From the NCBI GenBank assembly GCA_046498385.1, contig JAWOAU010000024.1, forward strand, positions 99-64,098: DNA of 64,000 bases. Reading direction: 5' to 3'. The DNA comes from Thermoplasmata archaeon (GTDB lineage Archaea; Thermoplasmatota; Thermoplasmata; Halarchaeoplasmatales; Halarchaeoplasmataceae). A program made the position numbers and the translations under genes. Under the pieces are notes generated by a model, which worked only from the letters and a program-made list of their open reading frames with translations, ran no database searches and had not been told where the DNA came from. This document shows positions 35,923-48,000 of this stretch, piece after piece. The stretch's first letter is position 1. Each line of letters opens with the position of its first letter.

Positions 35923-38748
35923 TCAGTCCGCCCTCCAGTGGTTCCATACAAGCTCACCGAGCTCTTTTTCGTCCAACGGTTCTATCTCTTCCAAACTGTT
36001 AGTCCAGCTATAAAATAAGTAAGAGCAGACCTCTTTGTTCGGATACACCTCTTTCACCACGTTGTGATATATGCTCACCTGCTTGATGTATTCCTGCTTG
36101 GCTTTTTTGTTCCTGTCCGTCTTGTAATCCACGATCCAAACCGAGTCCTTACGTATATTAAGTAGGTCGATGATACCCTGGAATAGGAGTTTTCTGCCAT
36201 TTATCTCCAGGGGCAGTAAGCACGGTTCTTCCGAGACAAGTTTTCCATCCAGCGAATCAAGGAACGATTTTATATTCTCTTCATCGACGTTCTCGGGAGT
36301 TTCGTGATATCCCCTTGCATATAGGTCTGCAAAGGCGTGTACCTTTGTCCCATATTCCTTCCCCAGACCGATCTCGTCACCCTGGAATATAGAGTCATCT
36401 ATCAACGAGTGACCGGAATACTTCACCGGTGCATGTGTTTCAGGGATGTCGACTGATAGCTCGGTGCGTGCTTCAACCTTTTGAGTCGAGAAACTTATTT
36501 TGGATCCCAACATCTTTGGTTTTATCTCCAGGTTGGTAAAGAATTCACTCTTCTTGTCCTTTTCAGCGGTTAGATAAAGGTAATTTTTCGCCCTTGTCAT
36601 GGCCACATACAACAGTCTTCTTTCTTCGTCATAGTCTCCGGAGAGGCATCTGGAGAGCAAGTACTTTTTCCAGTTATCGTAGTTATACGGATATCCCTTA
36701 GATGAGTATATCTTGTTCTGCCTTAGACCGATGGGTTCCGTAAACTCAATAGCCCCGGCGTAACCTCCTTTTCGGGAGCCCATGTCAGCCAGAATTACTA
36801 CGGGATACTCCAAGCCCTTCGCGCTGTGTATGGTCTGTATGTTAAACACGTCGCTCTCGGCGGTGCTATCCACGTCGTAGTTCTGCTGTGATTCTATGTT
36901 ATCGACTATGAAATTTATGATATCCTCCCGGTTGAAGTAGGTGTTATCATAGGTGTGCTGGACTACCTCCACTATCTTGTCGGATAAGGCGTTGTTTATA
37001 GAGTATTTATCGAAAACGGTTTTGGCAAGAGACCCGACACTCTTTTTTTTGTTTAGCTCGTTTCTGAACGCGTACATGTCGTCGGGGTACCGCTCTCTTT
37101 GGAATATATTTTGAATCTCATCCATGCTGTAACCGCCTTGGTCTAGTACAACGGCCCAACCTCTTTTGGAGCGGCGGTTCTGCAGGATCCGCATCCAAGC
37201 TAGAAGCAGTAGTGATTCCCGGGTCCGGAACAGTTCTATCCCACCTTCGTAGGCCACCGGAACGCCGTACCTCTTTGCCTCCTTCAAAAGGTCAAGACCG
37301 AACTTTCTAGTCCTGGTCAATACCACTATATCGTCGTACCGTATCCTGCGGCGGTCGGCTAAAAGATGATCATCGTTATCGACTACCTCGGTTATCTTGG
37401 TCAGTATCACCTTCTTCTCATCCTCCCCTGCGTAAGCCCCTATCTCACCCGGGCCGTCGTTGTTTACCGACTTTAGTTTTGTTATCCTAGACTTTATTTC
37501 CTCTTTGTCCAACTTTTCTTTTTTTGTCGCCTCTGCCAGCAGAGCCTGTTCGGAAAAATCTATTATCTCCTGGGTAGACCTGTAATTCTTTTTCAACTTG
37601 ATCTCGTTTTTAATATCTATTGGGTAATCGACTCTTGTAAAATCGCTGTTCAACTCTTTTTTGAACTGTTCCAGCCTTTTTTTGAACGCGACTATATTCT
37701 CAACTGATGCGTATTGAAAGGAAAAAATACTCTGCTTCCAGTCACCTACCACACATATGTTTCCGGTGCGGGACAGCAATAAAGCCATCTTGAACTGTAT
37801 TTCGTTGGTGTCCTGGAACTCGTCTATCATCATGTAATCAAAGGACACCTTTTCCCTAAGGGCGTGGTCCTGGCAGAGGAGAGCAAAGGCAAGCATCATC
37901 ATGAAACTGAAATTCATATAGTTTCGGCCCAGGGCATACTTTATGTACTCGAAGTAAAGATCGTGTATGAAATTTTTCAGATCGGTCCTGTCCTCTTCAA
38001 AGCACACCTTGGCATATTTTTCCGGTACCTGGATACCGTCTCCTTTTATCTCTTCCAAGGACGGTGCATCAGGTAGAAAGCACTTATCTTTGTAGTTAGA
38101 TAACCTAGATAACAACCTAGATTGATTGGGACTTCTAGCACCCTGCCTAGGTCGGTTTGCCTCGTAAAAGATATGTTGGAAGTCCGGGTGATCGCCGTCC
38201 AAGTAGCGCTCCGAGTTCCTGAACCATCCTTCCTTGGTGGGAAAGATGCCCTTAGCTCCCAAAGACCGGATCAGGTTGAGCAGGTTAGCTTTGTCTTGCG
38301 TGATCCTGTAATGATCCTCGTATTCGGGATGCCTACCCATAAAATCACCCAGGAACGTGTTAAATTCCCGCCTCTCCAGCACTTCGTTTTCTATGATCCT
38401 CGTGGATTGGGTTATCCTGTCGTTTATACCTATCAGTCTCGGTGCGTCGTGGCCGTATAGTTTGAGCAGTCGACTGCAAAAGCTGTGGAAGGTACTTATA
38501 GGGGCATCCCTCAATTCCGCCTTATCATGGTCTGATAGGTTGATTATTCTTTCCTTTATGTTCTCGGCAGCGTTGTTGGTGAAGGTTATCAGGATTATAT
38601 CCTGGGGTTTCACTCCCCACTGTTCTAACAATGATGCGTAGCGTAGTGAAATTGTGAAGGTCTTACCCGTCCCGGGACCTGCATCGGCCATATAGATGCC
38701 TTCCGTGCAGTTGATCAGTTTTTTTTGTTCAGGATTTGGTTCATTCAC
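35923..38748 (-). CDS. AddA/RecB-like ATP-dependent helicase-nuclease: UvrD-family SF1 helicase with a C-terminal PD-(D/E)xK RecB nuclease
   Basis: Walker A ADAGPGTGKTFT. Motif III VVGDWKQSIFSFQYA. Motif V/VI TIHSAKGLEYPVVIL. C-terminal GIIDLLNIRKDSVWIVDYKTD nuclease motif. 941 aa. Confidence 0.75.
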   Translation of the reverse strand: MNEPNPEQKKLINCTEGIYMADAGPGTGKTFTISLRYASLLEQWGVKPQDIILITFTNNAAENIKERIINLSDHDKAELRDAPISTFHSFCSRLLKLYGHDAPRLIGINDRITQSTRIIENEVLERREFNTFLGDFMGRHPEYEDHYRITQDKANLLNLIRSLGAKGIFPTKEGWFRNSERYLDGDHPDFQHIFYEANRPRQGARSPNQSRLLSRLSNYKDKCFLPDAPSLEEIKGDGIQVPEKYAKVCFEEDRTDLKNFIHDLYFEYIKYALGRNYMNFSFMMMLAFALLCQDHALREKVSFDYMMIDEFQDTNEIQFKMALLLSRTGNICVVGDWKQSIFSFQYASVENIVAFKKRLEQFKKELNSDFTRVDYPIDIKNEIKLKKNYRSTQEIIDFSEQALLAEATKKEKLDKEEIKSRITKLKSVNNDGPGEIGAYAGEDEKKVILTKITEVVDNDDHLLADRRRIRYDDIVVLTRTRKFGLDLLKEAKRYGVPVAYEGGIELFRTRESLLLLAWMRILQNRRSKRGWAVVLDQGGYSMDEIQNIFQRERYPDDMYAFRNELNKKKSVGSLAKTVFDKYSINNALSDKIVEVVQHTYDNTYFNREDIINFIVDNIESQQNYDVDSTAESDVFNIQTIHSAKGLEYPVVILADMGSRKGGYAGAIEFTEPIGLRQNKIYSSKGYPYNYDNWKKYLLSRCLSGDYDEERRLLYVAMTRAKNYLYLTAEKDKKSEFFTNLEIKPKMLGSKISFSTQKVEARTELSVDIPETHAPVKYSGHSLIDDSIFQGDEIGLGKEYGTKVHAFADLYARGYHETPENVDEENIKSFLDSLDGKLVSEEPCLLPLEINGRKLLFQGIIDLLNIRKDSVWIVDYKTDRNKKAKQEYIKQVSIYHNVVKEVYPNKEVCSYLFYSWTNSLEEIEPLDEKELGELVWNHWRAD

Positions 38749-41314
38749 GCAGTATCACCAGGTCCTTGTTATCTATTTCATCAGGGTCCGCGTCTTTGAC
38801 GGGGAAACTGGAGGTTTTGCATCTGTTGTACTCGGTTATTTTATTTCTTAAAAACTCCTGGAACAGGTCTATGTCTTCCTTGAAGTAATGGCTTTCTCTG
38901 AAATTTACCAGTTCTTTAACGATGCTTTTACATCCCTTTTCAACGTACTTGTAATCACCTATATGTTCTTTACAAAGAGCTGTAAATTCGAGGGTGACGG
39001 GGTGGTTCAATAACTCTTTCTTGTTCAGTGCGGGAAAGGGAAGTCCTCGGAAAAACGAGCGGTAGGCATCATATCCCAGCTTTTTCAGAATTTTTTTTCT
39101 ATCTTTGGAGGACTTCAGCCACCGAAACACCTCTTCTTTGTGTATCATTTGATGAAAATTTTTTGGGTAATAAATTATGTCCAGCATGTTTTCAGAGATA
39201 TCGTTATCCCCGGACACGACGCTTCTCTCGTTTTCTAGCAGGTGATAGAACGTGAATTTAACGGGGGTGTCGGGATAGTAGTGCCGGTGGTGAGCGATGT
39301 ACATCTTTGCCTGAAAGTTCGGCTTTTGGTCCATGTTCTCAATATCGGACAGCGTCATTATTTTTTTCAAGGATCTCTTTTTACCGGACTTGTGGTCCAC
39401 TATATGGCCCCGGTCTATTATGAAATCCACCACCCCTTTAGCACCTATATCATGATTGGAAAAGAAAGCCTCAGTATACTTGGTGGTGATCGGCCGCTCG
39501 AAGATATCGGAAAATATGTTGTCGAAGTATTTTTTCTGGTAACCCTCGGGACCGGTGATCCGAGGTTTGATGTCCTTGAGATAAGATATCAGGTTTTGGA
39601 ACCCTATTTTGAACCTGGTTTTTATCCCTGGTACCTCATGTTCTTCCAGGAAAGGAGACATCTCGCGCATGGCATATTCAAGTATCTCTTCCAGATACTC
39701 CTCAAACTCGGGGTGATCGACGTAAAACTCCGCAAAATCGTGAAACAGTTTTCCCCTCTTAAAGTATCTTTTATCAGGGGTATCAACGAGTTTTGAAAAG
39801 AAGTGGTCCTTGGGACAGTATGCAAAGGTGTTCAGGGTGGACTGACTCATGGTGGTGATGAATTCGGGCTCCGCTTCCGTTTCCTCCTTGGAAAAGGGTC
39901 TGCCGTGAGATGTTATTTCTTTTTTTCTTAATTTGTGTTTTAGATCCCTGAAGGATTCTATTTGGTCGGTGGTAAATTCGTTAAAGTAAAAGGAAGGTAT
40001 CACCGTCTTATTCATCTTCCTATCCTGGACCATGAAGTACTGCCTTTCTCCATTCTGCAGCAGCAGTTTGAAATCCTCCGCCTTTTTTTTGTCGAACACC
40101 TTCTCGTCTATCCAGGGAGTGACCGGTGGTCCCGGTGTCCAGGATGAATCCATTCCCAGATAAAATATCACAGGTCGGTCTATAAAGGTTGACGATTCCG
40201 GCGATGCGATGAGTACGCCTCGCTCCGCCTTTTTTGAGGATATATCGAAGGTTTCCAGGTAATATGTTAAGGAGTTTAAACGTTCCATGGTGATGGTTTT
40301 GTTCAGCAGCTTCAATTCTTTTAACTCACTCCTCAGGTCGAGCAGTTTGTTTTTAAATAATTTATTGTCCAGTAGCTCTTGAAAGGTCATCTCCGGTATG
40401 TTGTCCATAAGAGATCTTAGACCGTTCAAACTATCGCAGGGAAAAACACGAAGAAAGTATTCCTCTTTCTCGGGCTCTGGATCATCCGATAAAAAAGGCC
40501 GGACATCCTTGACTTTTATACCGCTCTTGAAAAAGGAATAGCGTATAAGGTTCAGGAAAACCCTCAGATCCCGGCCTTCGGTTATGTCTCTAGGCACCAT
40601 ATACGGAATATTTTTTGAATCGAGCTCAGCGGTGATGAGGTACATGTAATCCGACTTCTTTTTCATGACCACCGCAGCATCCCAGGGATCCAATTTTTTA
40701 AGTGCCTCAAGTACGGTATGAACTATCTCGGTTGTGGAGTTGAACAGGTTGAAAGAGGGGAGTTCAACGGTATCTTCGGTGAAGGGTATTATGCTATCAT
40801 ATCTCTCCGGCAGAACTTTTCGGTCCAAAGGTGTGAACTGATGTGGTGCCACCACCGCCACCCTCTTGTCTTCAACGGTATAACCCTCAACAGCGGTATA
40901 GGGGTTCAATGTGTTCTTCAAGAGAGTTATCAACTTCCTCGTGGTTTCATCACCGAACCTGTCGTACTGAAGTATCTTATCAGGGCTGCCTGTTTCTCTC
41001 CAGCAGTTAAGTACGTTCTCCAAAAGATAGGCCGCCTCCTTCCAGTCCAGCTCGGTTTCATGGATGATGTGGAGAAAAATATCATGCTTGTCTTCCATGG
41101 AACCGCCGTCGGTACGTATCTTATCAAGGGCCAGTCTCCTTGGAGTGGTGGCAAAGTGACCCAAGATGGGTTTATCCGTTCGGGTATTGAGTGCGTCGGC
41201 AAGGGGTGCATCTACCGTCAAAACCAGGTCGTAGTCCTTGACATCTTCATATATCCGATCTATGGAACTAGCTTTATCCGTAGTCAGTGTAATGGGTCCG
41301 TTCATGAGCATCAA
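38741..41314 (-). CDS. AddB-like partner: N-terminal degenerate helicase-like region with a C-terminal Cas4/AddB-type PD-(D/E)xK nuclease and four Cys (putative Fe-S)
   Basis: 857 aa, no Walker A. C-terminal ...FAYCPKDHFF...GVVDFIIDRGHIVDHKSGKK...LCKEH...KGCKS...NRCKT. Overlaps the upstream gene by 8 nt. Confidence 0.6.
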   Translation of the reverse strand: MMLMNGPITLTTDKASSIDRIYEDVKDYDLVLTVDAPLADALNTRTDKPILGHFATTPRRLALDKIRTDGGSMEDKHDIFLHIIHETELDWKEAAYLLENVLNCWRETGSPDKILQYDRFGDETTRKLITLLKNTLNPYTAVEGYTVEDKRVAVVAPHQFTPLDRKVLPERYDSIIPFTEDTVELPSFNLFNSTTEIVHTVLEALKKLDPWDAAVVMKKKSDYMYLITAELDSKNIPYMVPRDITEGRDLRVFLNLIRYSFFKSGIKVKDVRPFLSDDPEPEKEEYFLRVFPCDSLNGLRSLMDNIPEMTFQELLDNKLFKNKLLDLRSELKELKLLNKTITMERLNSLTYYLETFDISSKKAERGVLIASPESSTFIDRPVIFYLGMDSSWTPGPPVTPWIDEKVFDKKKAEDFKLLLQNGERQYFMVQDRKMNKTVIPSFYFNEFTTDQIESFRDLKHKLRKKEITSHGRPFSKEETEAEPEFITTMSQSTLNTFAYCPKDHFFSKLVDTPDKRYFKRGKLFHDFAEFYVDHPEFEEYLEEILEYAMREMSPFLEEHEVPGIKTRFKIGFQNLISYLKDIKPRITGPEGYQKKYFDNIFSDIFERPITTKYTEAFFSNHDIGAKGVVDFIIDRGHIVDHKSGKKRSLKKIMTLSDIENMDQKPNFQAKMYIAHHRHYYPDTPVKFTFYHLLENERSVVSGDNDISENMLDIIYYPKNFHQMIHKEEVFRWLKSSKDRKKILKKLGYDAYRSFFRGLPFPALNKKELLNHPVTLEFTALCKEHIGDYKYVEKGCKSIVKELVNFRESHYFKEDIDLFQEFLRNKITEYNRCKTSSFPVKDADPDEIDNKDLVILRE

Positions 41315-41389
41315 TTATCCGCAGGAGGCGATCGAAAGGTATAAAGGTTTTCACATGGGGCTCCGCATCTCCGTAAGATTACATATCCA

Positions 41390-42010
41390 ATGAAGTTACT
41401 TAAATCAACAGGGGCCCTTATGAGAGAGAATAGATGGCTGGCGGTGTTCTACGATCACATGATGAACTTCTTTGATCGTCTCGGGATGAGGAGATGGAGG
41501 AAGAGATTGTGGAGCGGTGTGAGGGGAAAGCTGGTACTGGACGCTGGGTCCGGGCCTGGTTCTAATCAGCCCTTTTATCCTTTGAAGGGCAGGGCTGTGG
41601 TTCTGGATGCCGATAAACATATGCTCGATAGAGGGCGTATTCGAGATAAAGGGGGAGAAACGACCATGATCTTGGGTGACGTGGAGAACCTGCCCTTTAA
41701 AGATGAAGTATTCGACACGATAGTTTCTTCTTTTCTATTCTGTTCGTTAGACAACCCAGAACAGGGTATGAAGGAATTCCACAGAGTGTTGAAGCCCGGA
41801 GGGCAACTTTTACTGTTGGAACACGGCCGCTCCAGGGGCGCTCTTGGCAGATTCATGTACTATGTTTCAATACCTCTGTACCGATTGTTCGGAGACAATA
41901 TCACCCGAGACGTTCTGCAGAAGGGAACCAAAGCAGGTTTCGAAAAGGTATCGTCCTCCCGGCTACTCTTGGACGTGGTAAAATTGATACGGATGGTAAA
42001 ACCGGCATGA
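41390..42010 (+). CDS. class I SAM-dependent methyltransferase (UbiE/MenG-like)
   Basis: VLDAGSGPGSN motif I. LKPGGQLLLLEHG post-I. 206 aa. Confidence 0.7.
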   Translation: MKLLKSTGALMRENRWLAVFYDHMMNFFDRLGMRRWRKRLWSGVRGKLVLDAGSGPGSNQPFYPLKGRAVVLDADKHMLDRGRIRDKGGETTMILGDVENLPFKDEVFDTIVSSFLFCSLDNPEQGMKEFHRVLKPGGQLLLLEHGRSRGALGRFMYYVSIPLYRLFGDNITRDVLQKGTKAGFEKVSSSRLLLDVVKLIRMVKPA

Positions 42011-42028
42011 AGTTTGGTGAAATTTTTA

Positions 42029-45000
42029 TCACCATTCCATCGTGTACGTTATATCATGATCCGCTGAATTATATACCCAATAGCCTTTACCCGGCCCCAA
42101 GACCAGGGCGGAGTAATCCTCCATGTACTGGGTGTTATAGGGGCGGCTGCTGTTAAATACACCCACACAGGTCACCTCCGGAGGAAGCAGTTCTCCTGCG
42201 TTTTTTTCCGCCAGGGAAGGATGCCCAACCATGTTCCATCCCGGTTGGAGACTTATTTCCGTGGTACCGGATATCGGCTCATGACCGATGATGACTTGGG
42301 TGGTAGATTCTTTTTGCCTTATGAAAAAGGCATCTTCGGGACCTATGTACCTTAAGTTATTGTAATGAGACCGCCTCCCCGGAACGTACGAATGCCATCT
42401 GTTATCCGCAAAAGAGGATATGCCTTTGTGAGCTACGGATCCAAGCAGTGTTCCGGGATAACCGTCGTAGGGGACGATCGGTATGGATACCAGTTGTCCG
42501 TTTTCCTCCGAAGCTAGCTCCAGCTCATAAACCAATAACCGTACTTCATTCATCAGGGGATAGTAGTCCAGGGCATAGTAGCCTCCGCCGTAATCTTCCT
42601 CGGGATGGGGGACCAAGGTGTCTCCGATACCGTCCCCGGTGATATCTTCTCCCGTGTAATCATCCCAGTAATTCCCCTGCCCCCTCCCGTCATCCCAGTA
42701 TGAGACTTCTCCGTGCAGGACCACCTGTTCGCTGTTGTTCATGATGTTATTGTGGTGGAATCTATTCCAGGGGCTGTGGGATACGTTTATGCCCACGAGG
42801 TTGTTTTTTATATCGTTACCGTATATATGATTCGAGATGCTGGAATGGGTGAAGAGTATACCCTGGTCACCGTCTCTGATATGGTTCCCCAGTATGCGGT
42901 TCTCCTGGGACTCATCGGTCACAAAGAGATTTATATCATTATAAGCCAATGTGTTAAGTGCGATCTCGTTATGGGCGGCCCGGTAAAGTCCTACGCCCAC
43001 CGAAGAATCGGTGATATGGTTGTCGGTCACAGCGGTGTATTCCGAATCAAGGAGGACGGAAACGTTGTTGCCGACGAAATCGTTGCCCGCCACAACATTT
43101 TTGTTACTGGACCTGCTTGCCTCCAACCCGTATACATTGTTGAAAATATGATTTTCAATTATCATGTTGTCGTTGGACCCGAGCCAGAGGTATACCCCCC
43201 TTTCATTATTGGATATATGGTTGTTTGATATACGGTTGAGGCCGGAATAAACGTAGATACCGTGTCTCGTGTTTGAAGTCACCGTGTTACCTTCGACCAC
43301 GTTGTTATCACTGCTTATGCCGATGCCGTTATCGTTGTGTGTAACCGTGTTTAACAGCAAATGGTTCCCAGTGGATCCCGAGGACAGGAACAGGCCGTAG
43401 CCCGATGCGCCGCCTCTGTTGTTTTCCATGATATTATCGTATATCACGTTGCCTCCGGCACCGTAAAGGCTGACGCCCCTGTAGTTTTCTTTGAAGGAAT
43501 TGTTGTAGATCTCGTTGAAGTTTGAATGGGAAAGATATATGCCGGACTGATCGGAATTGGACAGTTCATTATCGTATATCTCGTTGCGGTCGGAGTATCC
43601 TAAGTATATACCATTGCGGCCGTTATCTAACGCGGTATTACCGCTTATGGTATTGTTATAGGAAAAACTCAGATACATACCCATACCGTTTAAATGAAGG
43701 CGGTTATCGGAAAAGTTATTGTACCGAACAAGGTTGTTATCGCCTTTGTTCAGATACAGCCCTATATCTCCGTAGAGTGCGGTGTTATTGAACAATCGGT
43801 TACCGTTTGAGTTCCGTAGGAATATGCCCCTGATGCAGTTGTAAACGCCGTTGTGAGAGAGGGTATTATTTCTAGTCTCAGTGTGAAGGTATATACCGTA
43901 CTGACTGTCCGAGATGGTGTTATCGTGTATCGTGTTCTCCCGTGATTCGCCGTAGATCTCGACTCCTTTTTGCAGGTTGGATTCCATACGGTTATAAAAT
44001 ACCTCGTTGAAGGACGAGGAATCCATCATGATCCCCTGGGAGTTTTCTTTTATAACGTTCCGCAGCAGACGGTTTGAATCTGAGTTCTGCAGATTTATTC
44101 CATCCTTGGTTACGTCATAGATACTTTGATTGTAGATCAAATTGCCGCCGGAATTCCTCAGCGTGATACCGTCCTGTATCATGGTCATCGCGTTGTCCTC
44201 CAGGACGTTGTTAAAGGAGCGATCCATGAATATGCCCGTGCCGGAGCGTATCGATATGGTGCATTCATGGACAAATGTTTGGTCTGCATCTACCCTTATG
44301 GTCAATGTAACGTTGCCCGACAGTGTAGGTGTCCATGAACCGGAGTAGTAACCATCTCCGGAGACTTGGTCCGCCGCCGCGCCGTCGTCCTTTAGGATAA
44401 AGGCATGGTTGTTAACGGATACTGAAACATTTGCATCCCGTATCGGGCGTAACCCGTCGTTCACAGCAACGAATATGTCTTTTTCCCTCCCTACGGAACC
44501 GACGTATCCTCCGGATATTCGGGTCCTAACATGGAACCCGTCGGTAGAGGGGTTCAAAGAACGGTTCGCATCCATCCTTCCGCCGGATATGGTGGCCGCA
44601 AATGATGTTTTGTTCTCCGTGTGGGACAGTATGGCATTTTTTAATTCCATCATGTCCATCGACCGGTTGTTCGCCCGCAGCAGGGCGGCAAGACCTGTCA
44701 CATGTGGAGTCGCCATGGATGTACCGCTGCGGTGGCCGTAGTTGTTGTTCCTTTCCGTGCTGTAGATATTTGTACCTGGTGCTGCCAGGTGGACACTGTT
44801 AGGGCCATAGTTTGAAAAGCTGGCTAATCCGTCTTGAGGGTCCGAGGCGGCTACCGATATAACGTTGGTGAGGTTAAAGGTGGCCGGATACATGGGAACT
44901 TCGTCGCTGTTATCTCCGTAATTACCTGCGGCGGCCACGAATAGTATACCCTCGTCCCGGTGTGCCTCGACCGTTTCGTAGAGGGTTTGGCTGAAGGTGC

Positions 45001-48000
45001 CCGAGCCCCAGCTGTTACTGGTAGCTGTCACATTATCTCCGGACAGCTTCCTATCCAGCACGTATTCCAAGCAGGCGACGGCGCCGCTGATGTTTCCAGT
45101 ACCTCCCGCGGATATGAATTTTAAAGCCATTAGGCTGACGTTCCAGTTCACACCGGTAATTCCCACCGAGTTGTTTCCCACCGCACCTACGGTTCCAGCG
45201 GCATGGGTACCATGACCGTGATCGTCCATGGGGTCGTTGTTATTTTCAAGGGAGTTGTATCCGTGATTGCCTTCCGGGTCGGTCCACATATTGTCCTTTA
45301 GGTCCTCGTGTAGGTAATCTATACCCGTATCGATCACCCCTACCACCGCATCCCCGCTACCAGTGGTGGAGTTCCAAGCGGCCGGCAGATCGGTTTTCTC
45401 AAGTCCCCACAATTCCTCAAAATAAGGGTCGTCCGGTACGTTGAAAAGTTCTACCGTGCCGTCGGGTTCGGCGAAACGTACGCCGGGTCTGCTCTCCAGA
45501 AGTTTCAGGGCCTTTACCCCCGAAGCTCCGTCTTCCAGAACAACCCTTATCACGTCGATATGGCGGTATCTTGCAGATACACGACCGCCGACATCCTGGG
45601 CCAATTTTCTTAAGGCTGCGTCGTCCTTGAGCAGTAAAGGTTCCAAACCGACCAAAATGGCGTTAAGATCTTCCTTGTCCGTATTCATCCGGTTTTTTTC
45701 CAGCAAGTTATCGTCGGAGGAGACCAGATAGACGCTGTGATGATTGTGGCTTATACCGTTATATCTGAACTGGTTAAGAAAAGAATAAGAGAGGTAAAGG
45801 CCGTACCATCTGTTGGATTCAAAGGTACACTCGGTTACGCTGTTGTTGTTGGAATAAGTAAGCCGTATCCCTGAGTTACCGTTATGGGATGCGGTGACGG
45901 ATAGGAATAGGTTATCACCACCGTACTGAAGGTATATGCCGTATTGGTCGTTGTTGTTGAAAGTACTGTTTGAAATACTGTTACCAGTGCTCCGGCTGAA
46001 GGACAGACCGCTGATAGCGTTACCTTCACATGTGTTGTGATCTATTTTATTACTGTGGGAATCGAACAATCTTATACCGTACTGGCTGTTCCCTTCGGCT
46101 GTATTATGGGTCACGTCGTTATGATCCGAACGCGAAAGGAAAAACCCATTACGTTGGGACCGGACGGTATTGTATGATAATACGTTCTGGTGTGAGTCCA
46201 TCATCCGGATACCATCGTTGCCCTGGGACATGAAATTATTTGATATATGATTTCCAAGGGAATCCCTCATTTGAATGCCCTGACTGTTATCAAGCATGTG
46301 GCAGTGAGAGATAGAGTTATGGTGAGAATATCTCATGTATATCCCGGACAGGGAATTGTTCATAAGTTCACAACCTTCGAAAGAGCTGTTATCGACCGAG
46401 TAGAGGTGAATACCGTAACGTGAATGATCCCTCGAGGAAACGTTGTTCACCGTCAAGTGTTCCGAGAAGGCTAGGATCATACCGACGTTCCCTTTATCGA
46501 AGACCATGTTTTCTATGGTCATATGAGAGCTGTTGGAGAGTAGTATCTGAGAGGCCGGGCCGTCGATACTGCCGCCGTGCTCATCGGTGATATATACTAC
46601 CGGATATCCGTTGAGCAGGTTATGGTCTCCGATACGGTGTGTGTTCCAGTGAGACCTTTCCAGACCGTCCATGAAGATGCCTCCCCCTTCCATCATGTTA
46701 TAGTCGAGCTCGATGGATTCCGATCTCATTATCACCACGGAGTCAGCGTTATCGTGGAAACTGTTATTGGACAGCATTGTTTCAAAAGAGGAGGATAGGT
46801 GAACTCCTGCCGTATTATACTTGAAACGGGAACCGATAACGCTGTTGTTGGTCGACGCGTGCATGTACATCCCGTTAAAATTATCCGCCGCCGTGATATT
46901 GACGAAGGTATTGTTATCTGATAAAAAGCAGTATACACCCCGGAAGTTGGAGTGAAGGTCCATGGTGTGAAAGGTGTTGTTGTGAGAACGGTATATATGT
47001 ACCGCATCTCGGGAGTTGTTGTAGGATGTAACATTGTTTACATATATTCTGGAGGAGAAGCCGAGGCTTATGCTTACTACGTCCTGATCAACGATGCTCA
47101 GTTCGGTTGTGTTGGCGAGTATTATCTGTCCGGCTTTCTCGTTGAGCTCGCCTCCTGTGAGATGATCGAGATATACCAGGGGTTTACCGATGACGGTGTT
47201 GTCATTTATTTCGTGTGAGCTCCAGTGTTCCTTTAAATTCCCTGCGATCCGCAGGCCGAAACCGTCGAAGACGTTTTCTTCCATGTTCATTTCAGTTGAG
47301 TAAGATAGGAAGACCCCTTCCGTACATTGGCTAAAATTTCCACCAGATATGTCTATACCGTTTGAACGCTCTATACTCAGACCTCTTCTGTTGGAAGTGT
47401 ACGTGTTTTGGGTCAGGGTGGAATATGGGCATAGGTGTATCCTAACTCCGAAGGCCCCGTTGTTATCCAGTAGAGAATCACGTAAATAAAACCAAGGTGA
47501 ATCAACGACTTCTATCCCCCCGGAGGGATTATCCGTGACGGATATGTTATCTAAGTGGTTATCACCGGAGCTTTCAACAAGGACTCCTTTAGGATTATTT
47601 ATTATATCCAAATGTGAGAAAGTGTTGTTTCCGGAGTTAAATACGTGCAATCCGGTCTGAGCTTGAGAGGATATACTCACATTCCTTACCGAGATACCAT
47701 CTGAAAAGGCCAGTGCCAGACCGGTGCTGCCCTTATGTAGTTCCATATTTTCCACAAAAATATCCGTAACGTTTACCAATATCACCTGACCGGGTTCCTC
47801 GGGCAGGGTGCCTGCCTGGTCATTCAAATAACATACGGGAAAGCCTTCCAGTGTGTTGTTATCTGGTATGCTGTGGGAGTTCCAGTTCTCTAGTGTATCG
47901 CCTTGGATGCGGATGCCCGTACCCCTGAAATCGTTGTTGTAAAGCAAGTTATCTACAGAGTTCTGAAGGAACAGGCCGTCTATGGGGTTGTCCAATATCT

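Noticed and set aside
40718-41344. 208-aa plus-strand ORF
   Set aside because: Antisense inside the AddB-like gene. No independent support.
42713-43228. 171-aa plus-strand ORF, and other 60-110 aa ORFs inside 42029..48652
   Set aside because: Embedded antisense in the 2207-aa gene, whose own frame is continuous and domain-rich.
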